A stretch of DNA of 64,000 nucleotides, from assembly GCA_008632985.1 (NCBI GenBank), contig QPGO01000024.1, positions 248,001 through 312,000 of the forward strand. The letters are read 5' to 3'. Origin of the DNA: Psammoneis japonica. Its lineage: Eukaryota. Below are positions 38,087-50,019 of this stretch, piece after piece; within the stretch, counting starts at the first letter, position 1; each line of letters begins with the position of its first letter. The translations under genes were made by a program, and so were the position numbers. The notes beneath the pieces were generated by a model. The model was not told the DNA's origin, did no database searches, and worked only from the letters and a program-made list of their open reading frames with translations.

Positions 38087-38636
38087 TTTACCGATTCAAT
38101 TTAAAGACTGTACGAGATTAGGAAGCGTTGTTCTGGTAAGACTATTACAGACAGAGATGACTTGGAGCCGCTACCGCTCGTCTTCGTGGCAGCTTTGCGT
38201 CGAAGGTGGCGGATATCTAAAAAGCAGTCGTGGGACGTTGGTCCGTCGTGCGTTGCCCCGCTTCAATCCCATTTTCATTCCTATTCGGAACCTCTAGCTC
38301 TACTTGTGTTCCATCGCATGGGAGGTTCTACTAACCTGTATGAATACTTGCCACTCCCATGCTCTCTAGCTAGAGCTAAATAGAGATGTTTACGGTATGA
38401 TTCCTCGGGATAATTATGCGCGGAATTTTGCGTCTGAGCCACTGGATGCCGCCGCTCGTTGCATCTATTTCTAGCTTCTTCACGGTGTCAGCATCAGACA
38501 CGGTGTCGCATGAGTTTCTTGATTCACTTGTTACTGTTATAAAGTACGGTATATCTACGCTCTACTTGTACGAAACCTAATCTCTTCATGACCCGAACAG
38601 GCTACACGCTGATCCAATTTCGCTTCCTAAAAATCA

Positions 38637-39458
38637 TCAAAACTCATCAAAATTGGGAGTCCCACCACCTAGTTCACCCCGCCTCTGCTTTTCTAACGTC
38701 TCTCCAATTACCTTTCGCATGTTGTCATCCCCTGACTCATACATGTCCTTCATGAGATCCATGATCCCATCTGCGGGGTTCTCCTTGTTTTTTAGTTTGC
38801 TTGCACTGTTTCGCTTGTCTACTAAATCACTCCAGAACTCATAGCTCCCGTAATCCGTTTTGGTCTTGGCCAACTTGACAATCACCTTGTCCGCTTTCAC
38901 CACTCGTTTCGACTTTTCCGGATCAATATCATGCGACAAGCTGTCCTTGGTGAGGCGATAAGATTTCCCGTTCAACTCCTTGACGACTAAATCAAATGAA
39001 TTCTTGGTAAATGCACAAGACACTTGATCTCGAGGAATAGATCCAACGCCAGGAAGAGGCACGTAAATAGTTACAAACGGAGAATTGTATTCACCGGCAT
39101 CAAAAGAGAACCGATCAATGGGTGTAAACTTCTGTCCGGAACTCACCGCAGGTGGATCTGTGGGGATCAACACTGGCGGTTCTGGCTCGGTTGGCGCCGG
39201 TGCTTCTTCTTCAGCAGCCAATTTGATTTCTGCTTCGGACTCTTCGTTGGCGATGGTGTGACTCTTTTCCACACGCTTGAGCGCCTCACTCTCCTTTCGT
39301 AGTTTCGTAGCGAGCGCTTCTAAGTGCATCTTTGTCGAAACACGAGTCACCAAAGGCGACGAAGCAACCTTCTCGATCTCTTGCGCATCCAAGAGGCGTT
39401 CCTCTGACTTCAAGGCTGGGGGCGAGGCCTCAACATCTACGGCTTCAATCTCAACCAT
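38637..39458 (-). CDS. CACYBP: Calcyclin-binding protein/SIP-like (CS + SGS domains)
   Basis: FVTIYVPLPGV, SFDLVV, IDPEKSK and PADGIMDLMKDMYESGDDNMRKVIGE. Confidence 0.85.
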   Translation of the reverse strand: MVEIEAVDVEASPPALKSEERLLDAQEIEKVASSPLVTRVSTKMHLEALATKLRKESEALKRVEKSHTIANEESEAEIKLAAEEEAPAPTEPEPPVLIPTDPPAVSSGQKFTPIDRFSFDAGEYNSPFVTIYVPLPGVGSIPRDQVSCAFTKNSFDLVVKELNGKSYRLTKDSLSHDIDPEKSKRVVKADKVIVKLAKTKTDYGSYEFWSDLVDKRNSASKLKNKENPADGIMDLMKDMYESGDDNMRKVIGETLEKQRRGELGGGTPNFDEF

Positions 39459-40211
39459 TCTCAGAACCTTTGTCTTGTCTTCTTTTCAATCCCTTAGTTT
39501 ACACCATAAGATCGAAGATCGAAGAGTGCATCGAAGGTGCGCGCAAATATCGTCGTGGACGCGGTTCTGTGTGCCGCGCGTTGCTTTGCGCTGCGCTGCT
39601 GCATGAATGGCGGGAGTCGTCGTCAAGAAGACTCATACGGTACTGTACAATACGGTACTACTAGAGGCTTGCTTTCGTTTAGATCCTGCATGTGATTGGG
39701 TCACTGTACTGATCTTTAGCAGACGCCACATTGAATAGTCTAGTAGCATGCCAGTTGCGGCCGTAGCCAGGATTTTATTCACAATATTTGGGGCTGGCAT
39801 TCAATCTTAAGTTTTGGGTCCACTAGCTACAGAAGAGGAGAGAATGATTCATTCGGAAGAACAGCGCATTGGTTGCGCCGCTAAATACTATTTGGGGATA
39901 TACCGGTACACCGCATGGTTAGAAGAATGGGCTTTGCAAAAACGAAAAGATACTCTAGATTGCTGTAGGTACTTCTAATTTACAGATAATACCGCAAACA
40001 CCAAGTCACGTCTACAGTATGGGTATATCTTATGTATTGCCATGCTCCTCGAGTTCGGAACCGACGCGCTGTGCTCACTACCATGTGAAGGGAACGACGT
40101 TCATTTCCTGGATATCTCTGGTTTGTTCGTGATGACACGGTAAACATGGATGTTTCTCATACACTCGTACGTACATCCCATACTCCTCGAATCCGAAACC
40201 GACCCTCAGTT

Positions 40212-41186
40212 CTAAATCCCATGAAGAGACAATGGCGTTCGTTCCTTGAGAATCGCTGGTTTGGCCTTGATAACACGGTAACGGAGGGTGGGGTTGTTGC
40301 CGAGCCGTGCCAACACCTTGGCCCAAACGCTATCGGGAACCGAATCACAACGCAACAACCTCTGAACGCCCCGCAACATCTTCTGCTCCCTTCTAATCTC
40401 AGAAATTAGCTCCTCACCGATGCCGTTCCACAAAGCTGAAGGATCAACCTTCACATTTTGCTTTGCGCCGTCTACTAAGGCCGCCTGCCCCTCGCCTCCA
40501 ATACAGTTATGCGACACACACAAAAAATTGATTGCGTCGTTTTGCGCAAGCATTTGTCCAAGGGCTCTTGCGCCACCGTCTTTAATGCCGTTACGTGCAA
40601 GACTAAGAGTGAAAATGGTTGGGTTTGCTTGCATTTTCCTGGCCAACGCTTTAGCTCCCTTGTCCCCAATGCTACAACTCGGCAACAAAACTGTCAGTTT
40701 GCGATTCAGCACCAGGTCTCCAATGAATTCTGCACCTCTACAGCCAACTGCATTATCACCGAGGTCGACATACACGATTGCTCTGCTCTGGTGCAATGCT
40801 CCGCACAAAGACTCCGTGCCCTCAGGGCCTATGCCGTTGTTATGAAGCATGAGTTTCTCCAACCGAGAAAGGGAAGGGATGTATTCCGACAAATACTTGA
40901 TGCCTTCATCCCCAAGCTTGTTTCCATCCAAAGCAAGGACAAGCAGTTCTGGGATCCACAAAAGGGCTCGAGACAAATGGTACATGCCCTCTGAACCAAT
41001 TTCACACCAACTCAACCGAAGCTCCGTTAAGTTACAAAAGGACGGAAGAACTCGGCACAATTGCTTCACGTCTTCCACGTCGCGGAATTGGCGATCCACG
41101 TTGAAAATACCGAAGATTTGGATGACGTCGACCTCCCTTGGGTTTGCTTCGGCCAACACCGCTTGCAAGCTGCGTAAAATCCTCAT
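40212..41186 (-). CDS. RNI-like leucine-rich repeat protein
   Basis: Repeated L.L..N.IG.EG...L...L units of about 28 aa. Confidence 0.8.
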   Translation of the reverse strand: MRILRSLQAVLAEANPREVDVIQIFGIFNVDRQFRDVEDVKQLCRVLPSFCNLTELRLSWCEIGSEGMYHLSRALLWIPELLVLALDGNKLGDEGIKYLSEYIPSLSRLEKLMLHNNGIGPEGTESLCGALHQSRAIVYVDLGDNAVGCRGAEFIGDLVLNRKLTVLLPSCSIGDKGAKALARKMQANPTIFTLSLARNGIKDGGARALGQMLAQNDAINFLCVSHNCIGGEGQAALVDGAKQNVKVDPSALWNGIGEELISEIRREQKMLRGVQRLLRCDSVPDSVWAKVLARLGNNPTLRYRVIKAKPAILKERTPLSLHGI

Positions 41187-44100
41187 TGCAGGCAACTGTG
41201 GGAGACGCGGCAAACGCGGCAACACAGCAACACGCACACAACGGCGATACATACAAGTACATTATCCCGGGAATACAACCCATGTTGTATTCCGTAGTAT
41301 TTCTCCGTTGAATTCTACACATTGTACTGACCGTTACCCCACTTCAGCGACCGTATCTTCCGTGTTCTTGTGGAGGAAGCACGGGAATTTTTCCCGCATC
41401 GAAACAACCGGGTTGTTGCATGGTACGTCGCGTTTTTGATAGATTTATGCAACAACACAACCGAGACCATGCCGTCTAAAAAGTATTACAAGCCAACCTT
41501 GATAGCACTCACGTTATTTCTTGGCGGGGTGACTTGTCAATGTGAACAAGACTTCACCAACCAGAGGCCATTCAAACAACCCCCAACGATGTCGTGGTGG
41601 ATGGGTCTAAAGGCGCATGGAACGCCCGAACCAGGCGACAACAGCTTGCCCATGCAAGCAAGGTCAAATTGGTTGGAACACTGGAGGAAGCCGATTTCCA
41701 GCTGCATGTCAAACCGGTTGGTGCCGTGGAATGTTCTGTCAAATCAAGGCAACCCGACACGATCAACTGACGTAAAAAACCCCGTGCCATGTTTGACACT
41801 CACATTCAATGTTCTTGTTACATGCAGTGCGTGTCTAGGGCTTCATTCTTCCTTGTTCAATCCACAACATCGCTGGAGCGCCCCTTCCAATTGAAGCATC
41901 ATTTCTGTGCGCACGGCATCCAATAAATCCATCTGCACAGAATGGAATTTTGCACAACAAAGCCAAGCCTCTTGGATTCCTTGTACAATTTCCATTGACA
42001 ATGAAACAAGAATCGCAAAAATCGGCCCAAGGGATGTTGAGATGTTACCGCCGCCAACTCTTTGCCATAAATTCCAGTGGCAGCTCAATTTTGATTGTTC
42101 AACGACAAGCTCCGAAGAGAAAGTCAGCACCACAAAAACCCAAGCCCCGTGGACACCTTGTGGCACATGAGTCAAAATGATGACAAGAAGTGAGAAACAA
42201 CACCAAAGGTGCAATGGCACATCACAAAAATCCGTCATGTTGATGCTGCATTCTCACAATTTCTGCACTGCACCTTCAGCGACAAATCCGCCTCGACGGA
42301 TTGAACTCAACGCCAGCACCACTAGCCCATCACATTGCTTGCATGAAAGCTCCGAATGCTGCGAAAAGAAACGGGAAAATGCGGCAAAAATAGACACAGA
42401 TGTCAGCGACGCAAGGGAGGCCATTGTCGCGATCGTTTTCTTTTTTGGTTGTCTTCGCAGCTGCGCGTCTTGGAGGGTGCTGCAGGTTGATGTAGCGGAA
42501 GTCGGTGTCTGTGCTTTCCTGGTGACCCTGTAGAAGAAGTGCTAGACCCTGCGCAGTTGTGCCCAGGGTTGCATTCTTTCCGTCTGCCTCCACAATGCAC
42601 ACCTTGTGTCCAGCTTTGGCCAAAGTTGGCCACATGTCCGGGTTTTCCTTGGTGCACATTCAGCGCACATTCTACGCAGTTGGCCAACATCGACTCGAGC
42701 TCCGATGACTGGTTTCAGATTTTGCGGCCGGCTCGCGCGAATTTTTCGTTTTTCGACGTTTATCATGCAGCATTTCTGTTTGAAAATGTCCACAATTATG
42801 TTGTATTTTATTCATCATACACATGTTAGCACTCGCCACTGCACGTTTGTGCCAAAGCACACGCAGGGCAGATCGCTTCACCAAGCTCGATTCGAACGAA
42901 ATCCCGTGGACTCAAGGACAGTTTTGCTTGCACAGACCCTTTCAGTCGGCAAAACCACAGCATGCTGCAGCACTTGGGTACAAAATTACGCAAGTGCTTC
43001 ACCGTGTTAAAAAATGGCAACCACGGCGAAAGCACGAAGGAAAGAGACAATCTGTTGTCTGCCCTGTTTAACACTGGGACGTATCTTGACTGTACAAACT
43101 GATTGAACAGACACACTTGACAACACGCAATGATCTTCTGCCGAAGGAATCTACTTTGTCAGTCATTTAGAGTCTCACAAAGTGTCGCCAGTTAATTGCT
43201 GGCGTTTTGCGCGGCAATTTGGCGAGCGACTCACCGCACTTTACCGTGGTGAAACAAGGATTGTCCAAAATTTTCGATTTGACATCTCTGCTAGCGAAAG
43301 TTTCGAGTTGCACAACCTTTTCATGTGTCGAGCAACAGTTGCACAACGTCAAACCGCTTGCATTGCTCATGTGGACGTTCTCCACCCCTCAAACTTTTCA
43401 CCATGCTTTCATCACGTAATTTTGATTTGCAACGTAGAATTCTGCGTAGTTTGTGTGTGGCATGCTGTGGTTTGGCCTTTTTCTGAAAACTGAAAGGGTT
43501 TGCTGCATTGCTTCGTTTTGTTTTTGTCTGTCGTGCGTGTCGGAGCGATGGTGAAAATCCAACCGCCAAACCATTTGAACGCATTTGTGAAAGTTGTTGA
43601 ACAATGTGCTTTTGTTGCTTTTCTCTCATTCTTCCGAAGAGCAAAGCAACAACAGCCAACCAGATGGTTTTAATTGCTCTCACGTCTCCCACTCTCTGGT
43701 TTGTCCACCCAGCTTGGGGGGGCTGGGATTGGGGATTGGGGCTTGCAGAGCCGCTTGGCAAAACCACCCCACTCTGCCAACCAAGACCTGCTCCAGTCTG
43801 TTGCTGGGAAATGCAGGAGAACAACCAAGAAGGGCAACAACAGTTGCCCTGATTTAAGGTGCACGCAAATTGTCATGGACCAAGTTCTGTGTGCCATGCA
43901 TTGCACTGCAGTCACGGACAAAGATGTGGTTGGAGATTGGAGCAACACAGCTGCGTTGTGTGGCCGTTGATCTGCTGCATGTCAACTGCAGCCCAGAGAC
44001 TGCACAAAATGGACAATGATGGAAATGTCCAGAGCTGCACTGGTGTGACCAGAGGGTTGATCATTGCTGGCGCATGGGCGCTTTGCTGGTTGGCCATTGT

Positions 44101-45005
44101 CAACACAACAACAAACATGGATTTGAGACAAAACATTTTACGTTTCAATGATTGATGATCTCAGGTTTGTCAATCTTAGAGTGAGGGACATCTGGGGTGC
44201 TCTTTGTCTTTGTTTGGATGCTTGTCTCCCACCACAAATGAGAGCTTTGCAACACCTGTGGGCATGGAAGCATCACAAAGTGCCTGATCTGCGCCATCCT
44301 CATGACTGCATGCCTTTCAAATCAACTTGACAATGGCACTTGTGGTCTGCAAATGGCTCAGCACAATGAGTGGAGAGTGAGTGATGTCCTGCAACTCATC
44401 ATCATGATCAACACACTCTGTTTTGTGCTTGCAGTCCCCTGCCCTTGTGGCACCTTCATCCTGTCCAGATGCCCACGTCAAGCAAGTTGGCAATGAGCCC
44501 AAATGCGTGCTCCAACTTTCAAGCTTTGCCATGGCTGCCCTCTTGTGTGACAAACCTTGGCCAAACTGTTGAGAGAAGAGAGGCCAGCAGCAGCACTGTT
44601 GGCTTTTTTGTGGAAGCTGAGCTGAAGAAAAGTGCTTTGTTACAAGATTTGGAGTTGACAAAGATTGATGGGGTGGCTTGGTGGGATCAGCCTGCATTCA
44701 CAAGCTGGGTCCCTTGTCCAAAGGGATGAGAAAAGGGCAGTGGAAGGAGGCTTGTTTTGTGTGGTGACTCTCCAAGGAGCAGAGAGATGCACATTGTGAA
44801 CTTTCCTGTCCCCACGGTGGGTCCCACCGACAAAAAAGTCCAGAAGATGCATGTGACCCAGCTTCCAGTTTTGTGCAACAATGCCACAGCTGCCCACAAG
44901 CTCCATTGAAAGCATCAGTTGAAAGCCTTGTTGTTGACATTTTTGGCTGCAGAAACAAGTGGGGCTGTGTGGTTCTGTCTACAGTCACAACATAAAAGGG
45001 TCTTG

Positions 45006-45372
45006 TGCACTATGCTCGAAGAACGAGTGTAAACGAAAGTAGAACGAAGTTCGAAAAGTGAAAATTATGAGATTAATTTTTGCTCTGTGATTTTTGGTTT
45101 TTCCGAACGAGTTCTCAATGGCCTAAAGCTTCTGCACTGCTTCTACAGACAAAAGGCCTTTCGGAGAATATATTCGTGACAACAGATTGTCCGGATACGA
45201 TTGCTATTGACACGTAAGATGTCAACATCGTCAATCGATCGTATTTGCAATTTTCGACATCCGATCAACTCTGTGTGATCGTTCTGTCCTTTGTACGTAT
45301 CCACGACTGTGGTACGATTGACATATAAATAATATATAATCATAAATATGTATATAACAGCCGCATGCTGCA
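45006..45372 (-). mobile_element. Solo LTR (367 bp), same family as the element at 55838-60563
   Basis: Reverse complement of the LTRs at 55838 and 60197, with TGCA ends. Flanked by a CTTG duplication (45002-45005 and 45373-45376). Confidence 0.93.
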
Positions 45373-45963
45373 CTTGCCCTGGAAAAAAGCTTGCTGACAG
45401 GAAAACAAAGGGTGTGTTGCTGGCACTGGGCAAGCTTCTCACACAGTCTTTTTGGGTGCACAAAAGAGGGCTCCAACAAGGAGCTTTTCATCATGCCCCT
45501 GCTGCAAATGAACATGCAAAACAAGGCAGCGCAGTTGACAACAATGCCGCGTGACACTGATTTTTAAAACAATGCAGCAAAAATCTGTGGGGCTGTGTTG
45601 TGCAGCTGCCAGAGCATCAAAGCAAGGTTTGAGCAGCTTTGCTCACTGTCAACAAGTCTTGCACAATTGCCAATGAGGGTGGATCAGAACAAGACCAAAA
45701 AGACTGACTCTTAATTGTTTGAAAACAACAGCCACAAAGTGAAAAAATGCCCATTGGCTGGCCAGGAGAGGCAGTCATTTTTCAACCAAAGAGTGACTTG
45801 AGGCAACTCAAAACCCAGTGTGCTTGATGCTCACACATGAAGCAAATTGGGTGTGAGCCCTGGAGCATTTAAAAGTCATTGATTGCTGTTTTGTGCACAA
45901 AAATTTCTCACAAATTCAGTCATTTTGAGAGTGATCAGCCCCAAACCCCAACTTCATTCGCGT

Positions 45964-47639
45964 GGGGGGAAGGGTGGGGGGGGGGGCACAGATGGACACA
46001 GGGCCTGCCCCAGCAACAAGCAGAGCCCACAAAGGGATGAGGCAGGGGGAGTGCAAAAGGGATGTGACAGCATCAGCCACATTGAGTTTGTCACTTGGGC
46101 TGATTTGCAAAGTGCCATGTGTTGGCCAATCTGTTAGAAAAGCCTGCTTTTGAAGCAACTGAGCAGCTGCAAATCCTGCATGGAGCATTGCCCACAAAAG
46201 ATCCAAGAGCATGCTTGGCCTGCAGCAAGTTTTGCTGCAGCATTTTGTCCCCATGCACAGCCTGTCATGTCTGCCAAAGGCTCAGTTGCAGCTCAGGCCC
46301 ATGTTCTTCTTTGCACATCAATTGCCAGCTTGTGGTGCACTTGGTGTTGAGTGCTTTGCAAAGGAGCTCTTTAAGAGTCTTGACAATGGCAAGCACAGCA
46401 GCTCCACACATCTGCACTGTGTCAAGCAGCTCAACGATTGAATGCTGTTGAGCTTTCTGCTGAAAAATGGCGGTCCAAGCTCTGCAACATTTGGGCACTT
46501 TGGATGCACTTCGGAGTGCACTTCAAATGGTTTGCTGGAGTCTGGATGATGTGCATGCAATGACTTTTCAGATGTCATGCAAGAGTTGCCAAAAGGTCAA
46601 AAAAATGCAGCCACATGTCTTGTCAGCAGCCAGTCATCTCTGCAAATTGGCGCAGTTTTTTCTGTTTGTGGGCTGGCTGTGCATGCCTTGACCTTCTTTT
46701 TTGTCAACAACCAAGCCTTCCCTGCCATTTTCACACTTCCCAAGGCGCTCCAGGCAAGTTTGGCAAAGATTGATCTTGCTTGTCTCTGGCGAGTTGCATC
46801 GGGGGAAGGGTCGGGGGGGGGGGGGGGGCACAGATGGACACAGGGCCCACCCCAGCAACAAGCGGAGTTCACAAAGGGATGAGGCAGGGGGAGTGCAAAA
46901 GGGATGTGACAGCATCAGCCACATTGAGTTTGTCATTTGGGCTGATTTGCAAAGTGCCATGTGTTGGCCAGTCTGTTGGAGAAGCCTGCTTTTGAAGCTT
47001 GGACCCATGCAGGCATGGCTGCTTTGCAACAAAGCAGCTGAAAATCCTGCATGGAGCATTGCCCACAAAAGAGCCAAGAGCATGCTTGGCCTGCAGCAAG
47101 TTTTGCTGCAGCATTTTGTCCCCATGCACAGCCTGTCATGTCTGCCAAAGGCTCAGTCACAGCTCAGGCCCATGTTCTTCTTTGCACATCAATTGCCAGC
47201 TTGTGGTGCACTTGGCATTGAGTGCTTTGCAAAGGAGCTCTTTAAGAGTCTTGACAATGGCAAGCACAGCAGCTCCACACATCTGCACTGTGTCAAGCAG
47301 CTCAATGATTGAATGCTGTTGAGCTTTCTGCTGAAAAATGGTGCTCCAAGCTCTGCAACATTTGGGCACTTTGGAGTGCACTTCAAATGGTTTGCTGGAG
47401 TCTGGACAATGTGCAAGCAATGACTTTTCAGATGTCATGCAAGAGTTGCCAAAAGGTCCAAAAAATGCAGCCACATGTCTTGTCAGCAGCCAGTCATCTC
47501 TGCAAATTGGCGCAGTTTTTTCTGTTTGTGGGCTGGACGTGCATGCCTTGACCTTCTTTTTTGTCAACAACTGAGCCTTCCCTGCCATTTCCACACTTCC
47601 CAAGGCACTCCAGGCAAGTTTGGCAAAGATTGATCTTGC
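45964..47639. repeat. ~0.84-kb tandem duplication within the Gypsy remnant
   Basis: Units ~45964-46779 and ~46801-47639 both begin with a G-run plus CACAGATGGACACAGGGCC and end GATTGATCTTGC. Confidence 0.9.
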
Positions 47640-49200
47640 AACACTCAATTTGAGCTTGACAACTTTGAGCTCCTTCTTGAGCACAACATGAGCTTGTTAA
47701 GGTGGTCTTCAAGTGAGCCTTTTGCAGTGACCAGCAGACTGTGTGTGCATGCAAAAGATGGGTTGAGAGCACCAGCACCAGCAGACATTTTCTCCTGAAA
47801 CATGTCTGGCAGTGAGTTGCACAGCAGCCATGTTGGAAGACACTGCACTTTCTCATGCTTTCCCCATGGAAAGGATGAAATGCAAAGCTTCCTTGGCACC
47901 AAGTCAACACATGCGTGCACTGTGCTGGCAGCAACCCTTGCTCAGATCCAGGTGACGTTGGAGCCCCTGAGTGTCAAAAACACACCCTGGGTGTGAGCAG
48001 GAGTCAAGTGCAGCACCTGTTCTGTCCATGAGCACAGCTTGCAAAAGTTGTTGATGACAGCTGTGTGCCATTTGATCTTTCTTGGGTGATGAGCACTGAG
48101 GCAGCTGCTCACCCTGCTTTCTTCTTGCACTGTAAAATGGCAAAAGTCACATGGCCTTTTTGCTTCTGTTTTCAAAGTTTGCTTGCAAGACCTTGGAACC
48201 TTGTGGGGTCTGGCATGAAATGGATCAAGAGCATCCTTTGGCTGCCTGGTGCCTGGCATCATCCAGGGCTGCTGCAGCTTGCTCACCACTGCCTCGCTTT
48301 GGCTTTTCTGAATCTTGGGCACAGAGTGTGTCTGTGTGCCTCATTCATTGGGCATCATGTGGTCATGCAGCTGTGGGCCACTCTGGATGGTTTGTTTGGA
48401 GAGCAAAATGTCAACTCCAAATGGTGTGCTCTGCAGTCATTTTGCAATGTCCAAGCTTGCTGTTGTGCCAATGGGAGCTGCATCTTCAAATGCGGCTGCC
48501 CAGGCAAGCTTTCAGACATCTCTGGTGGCATCAGCTGAGTCTTGTGTGCACTTGCACATCAAAAGAATCTGCCAGCAACTGTGCTTGCTCTAGCACATTT
48601 TTTGCTGCAGTTTCTTCCTTGCAGCAATCTCTGCCTGCTGGCATGCCACTGTCTCCAGCACCCAACAAAGCCATTGCTGTTTTCACTTTGCCTTTGCTGT
48701 GCATGGTTTTCAAGGCTGCAAGCAAGAGTGATGCCATGTGCTGTCACTTTTTCCATTTTTGTGAGTGGCCCACAACAAAGTGCTCACCTTCACACTGCTT
48801 GAATTTCAGCCATTGTGTCAGCCCACACTCCAAGCACACAATGCCCTTGGGTGCACTGGTCTTTGAATCTGTTAAAGAGCAAAACCACACTGCATTTGTT
48901 GAGCTCTTTTTTGACTTTCTTGTGCTTGGTTTTCTCTGTCCTCAGCACTTCCTCAGCACAGCTGTGTCGTGGAATTTAATCAATTCTTGATCATCTTTTT
49001 TTAAAACTTGATGGAGAATTTGTCTGATCTTCTTCTTCTTGACCTGGCACTTCAAACTGCAGCACTCCTCAACCAAGTGTCTCCCACTGGTGCCACACAA
49101 CATGCTGGGCTTTCTGCATTTTTCTTGCTGCTCACTGTGAGCAACTTGGCTGTCTTCTTCCCAGCTGTGCTTGTGTGAGACTTTCATCTCAAGCAGCTGC
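46300..49200 (-). mobile_element. Degenerate Ty3/Gypsy pol (protease-RT-RNase H)
   Basis: In order: ALLGAGDSG, PFHARPH, LDLSKGCCQH, PWGKHE...LCNSLPDMFQEKMS, GSLEDHL, PDSSKPFEVHS, FFSRKLNS and VLAIVKTLKE. Confidence 0.8.
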
Positions 49201-49977
49201 ATGGTTCAACTCAACAGCCCTTGTGTTGTCAGAGCCCAAGTTTTCATTTTTCAGGCTTTCACATGAGCAAAACACCTCAAGCAGTGCACCAGATTGTTGT
49301 GTTTGTCAGAGCAAGAGAGCAGAAAGCAGTGCTTGTGGAGAGCCCAGGGGGGGGAGGAGGCAAAACAAACAAGAGCAAAGGATTTGTCCCAATTTGTTCT
49401 CCATCCCTTTTTGTCACATTGCAACATGTCAGATGAGGAGAGGGAAGTTTTGGCACAGTGGACAAATTGCAGTTTCTCTTTGATGCTGACAATGGCAGTG
49501 GTGGGCAGTGTGCTGCAACATCTTGTTTTTCCAAACTTCCTTGAGGCAAAAAATGTTGGCATGTCTTTGTGCCTTTTTGTTGCAAAAGGTGCCCTCTCTG
49601 TGGCCTGCAGTGCCTGCATTGTCAGCTTGCAAATCTTTAGAGACAAAAAAGCACTGCGTGCAGTTTTTTTTTTTGAAAACAGGAGCTCAAAATGCATGTG
49701 ATCTGTGGAGCACTGCTGAAGGGGCAAAAGCAATCCTGGGAAAACAAGTGCTCAAGAATTGTTTGATCTTTTTTCTGTGCTTGCTCTGCTCCACAACTGG
49801 TGTGTTTTGTTGCTGAGTGCTGGTGCCATGCAGTGCACAAAGAGCACACAGCATGGCCGGGCCCTTCAGCACCACAGTGCAGCAAAATGGAAAATGGAGC
49901 TCTCTGAAGAAACTTCAGAAAAACAGCCCAAGCATTGCACAAAGTGGTCAAAAGAAACCTTGCAGCTGCTGGTGTGT

Positions 49978-49978
<1 letters not shown>

Positions 49979-50015
<37 letters not shown>
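49979..50015 (+). repeat. (CT)n microsatellite
   Basis: About 18 CT units. Confidence 0.95.

Positions 50016-50019
<4 letters not shown>

Noticed and set aside
43540..44950. CDP-alcohol phosphotransferase pseudogene
   Set aside because: Only faint resemblance (TTANQMVLIAL, LHKMDNDG..SCTG), too degraded to support without an alignment.
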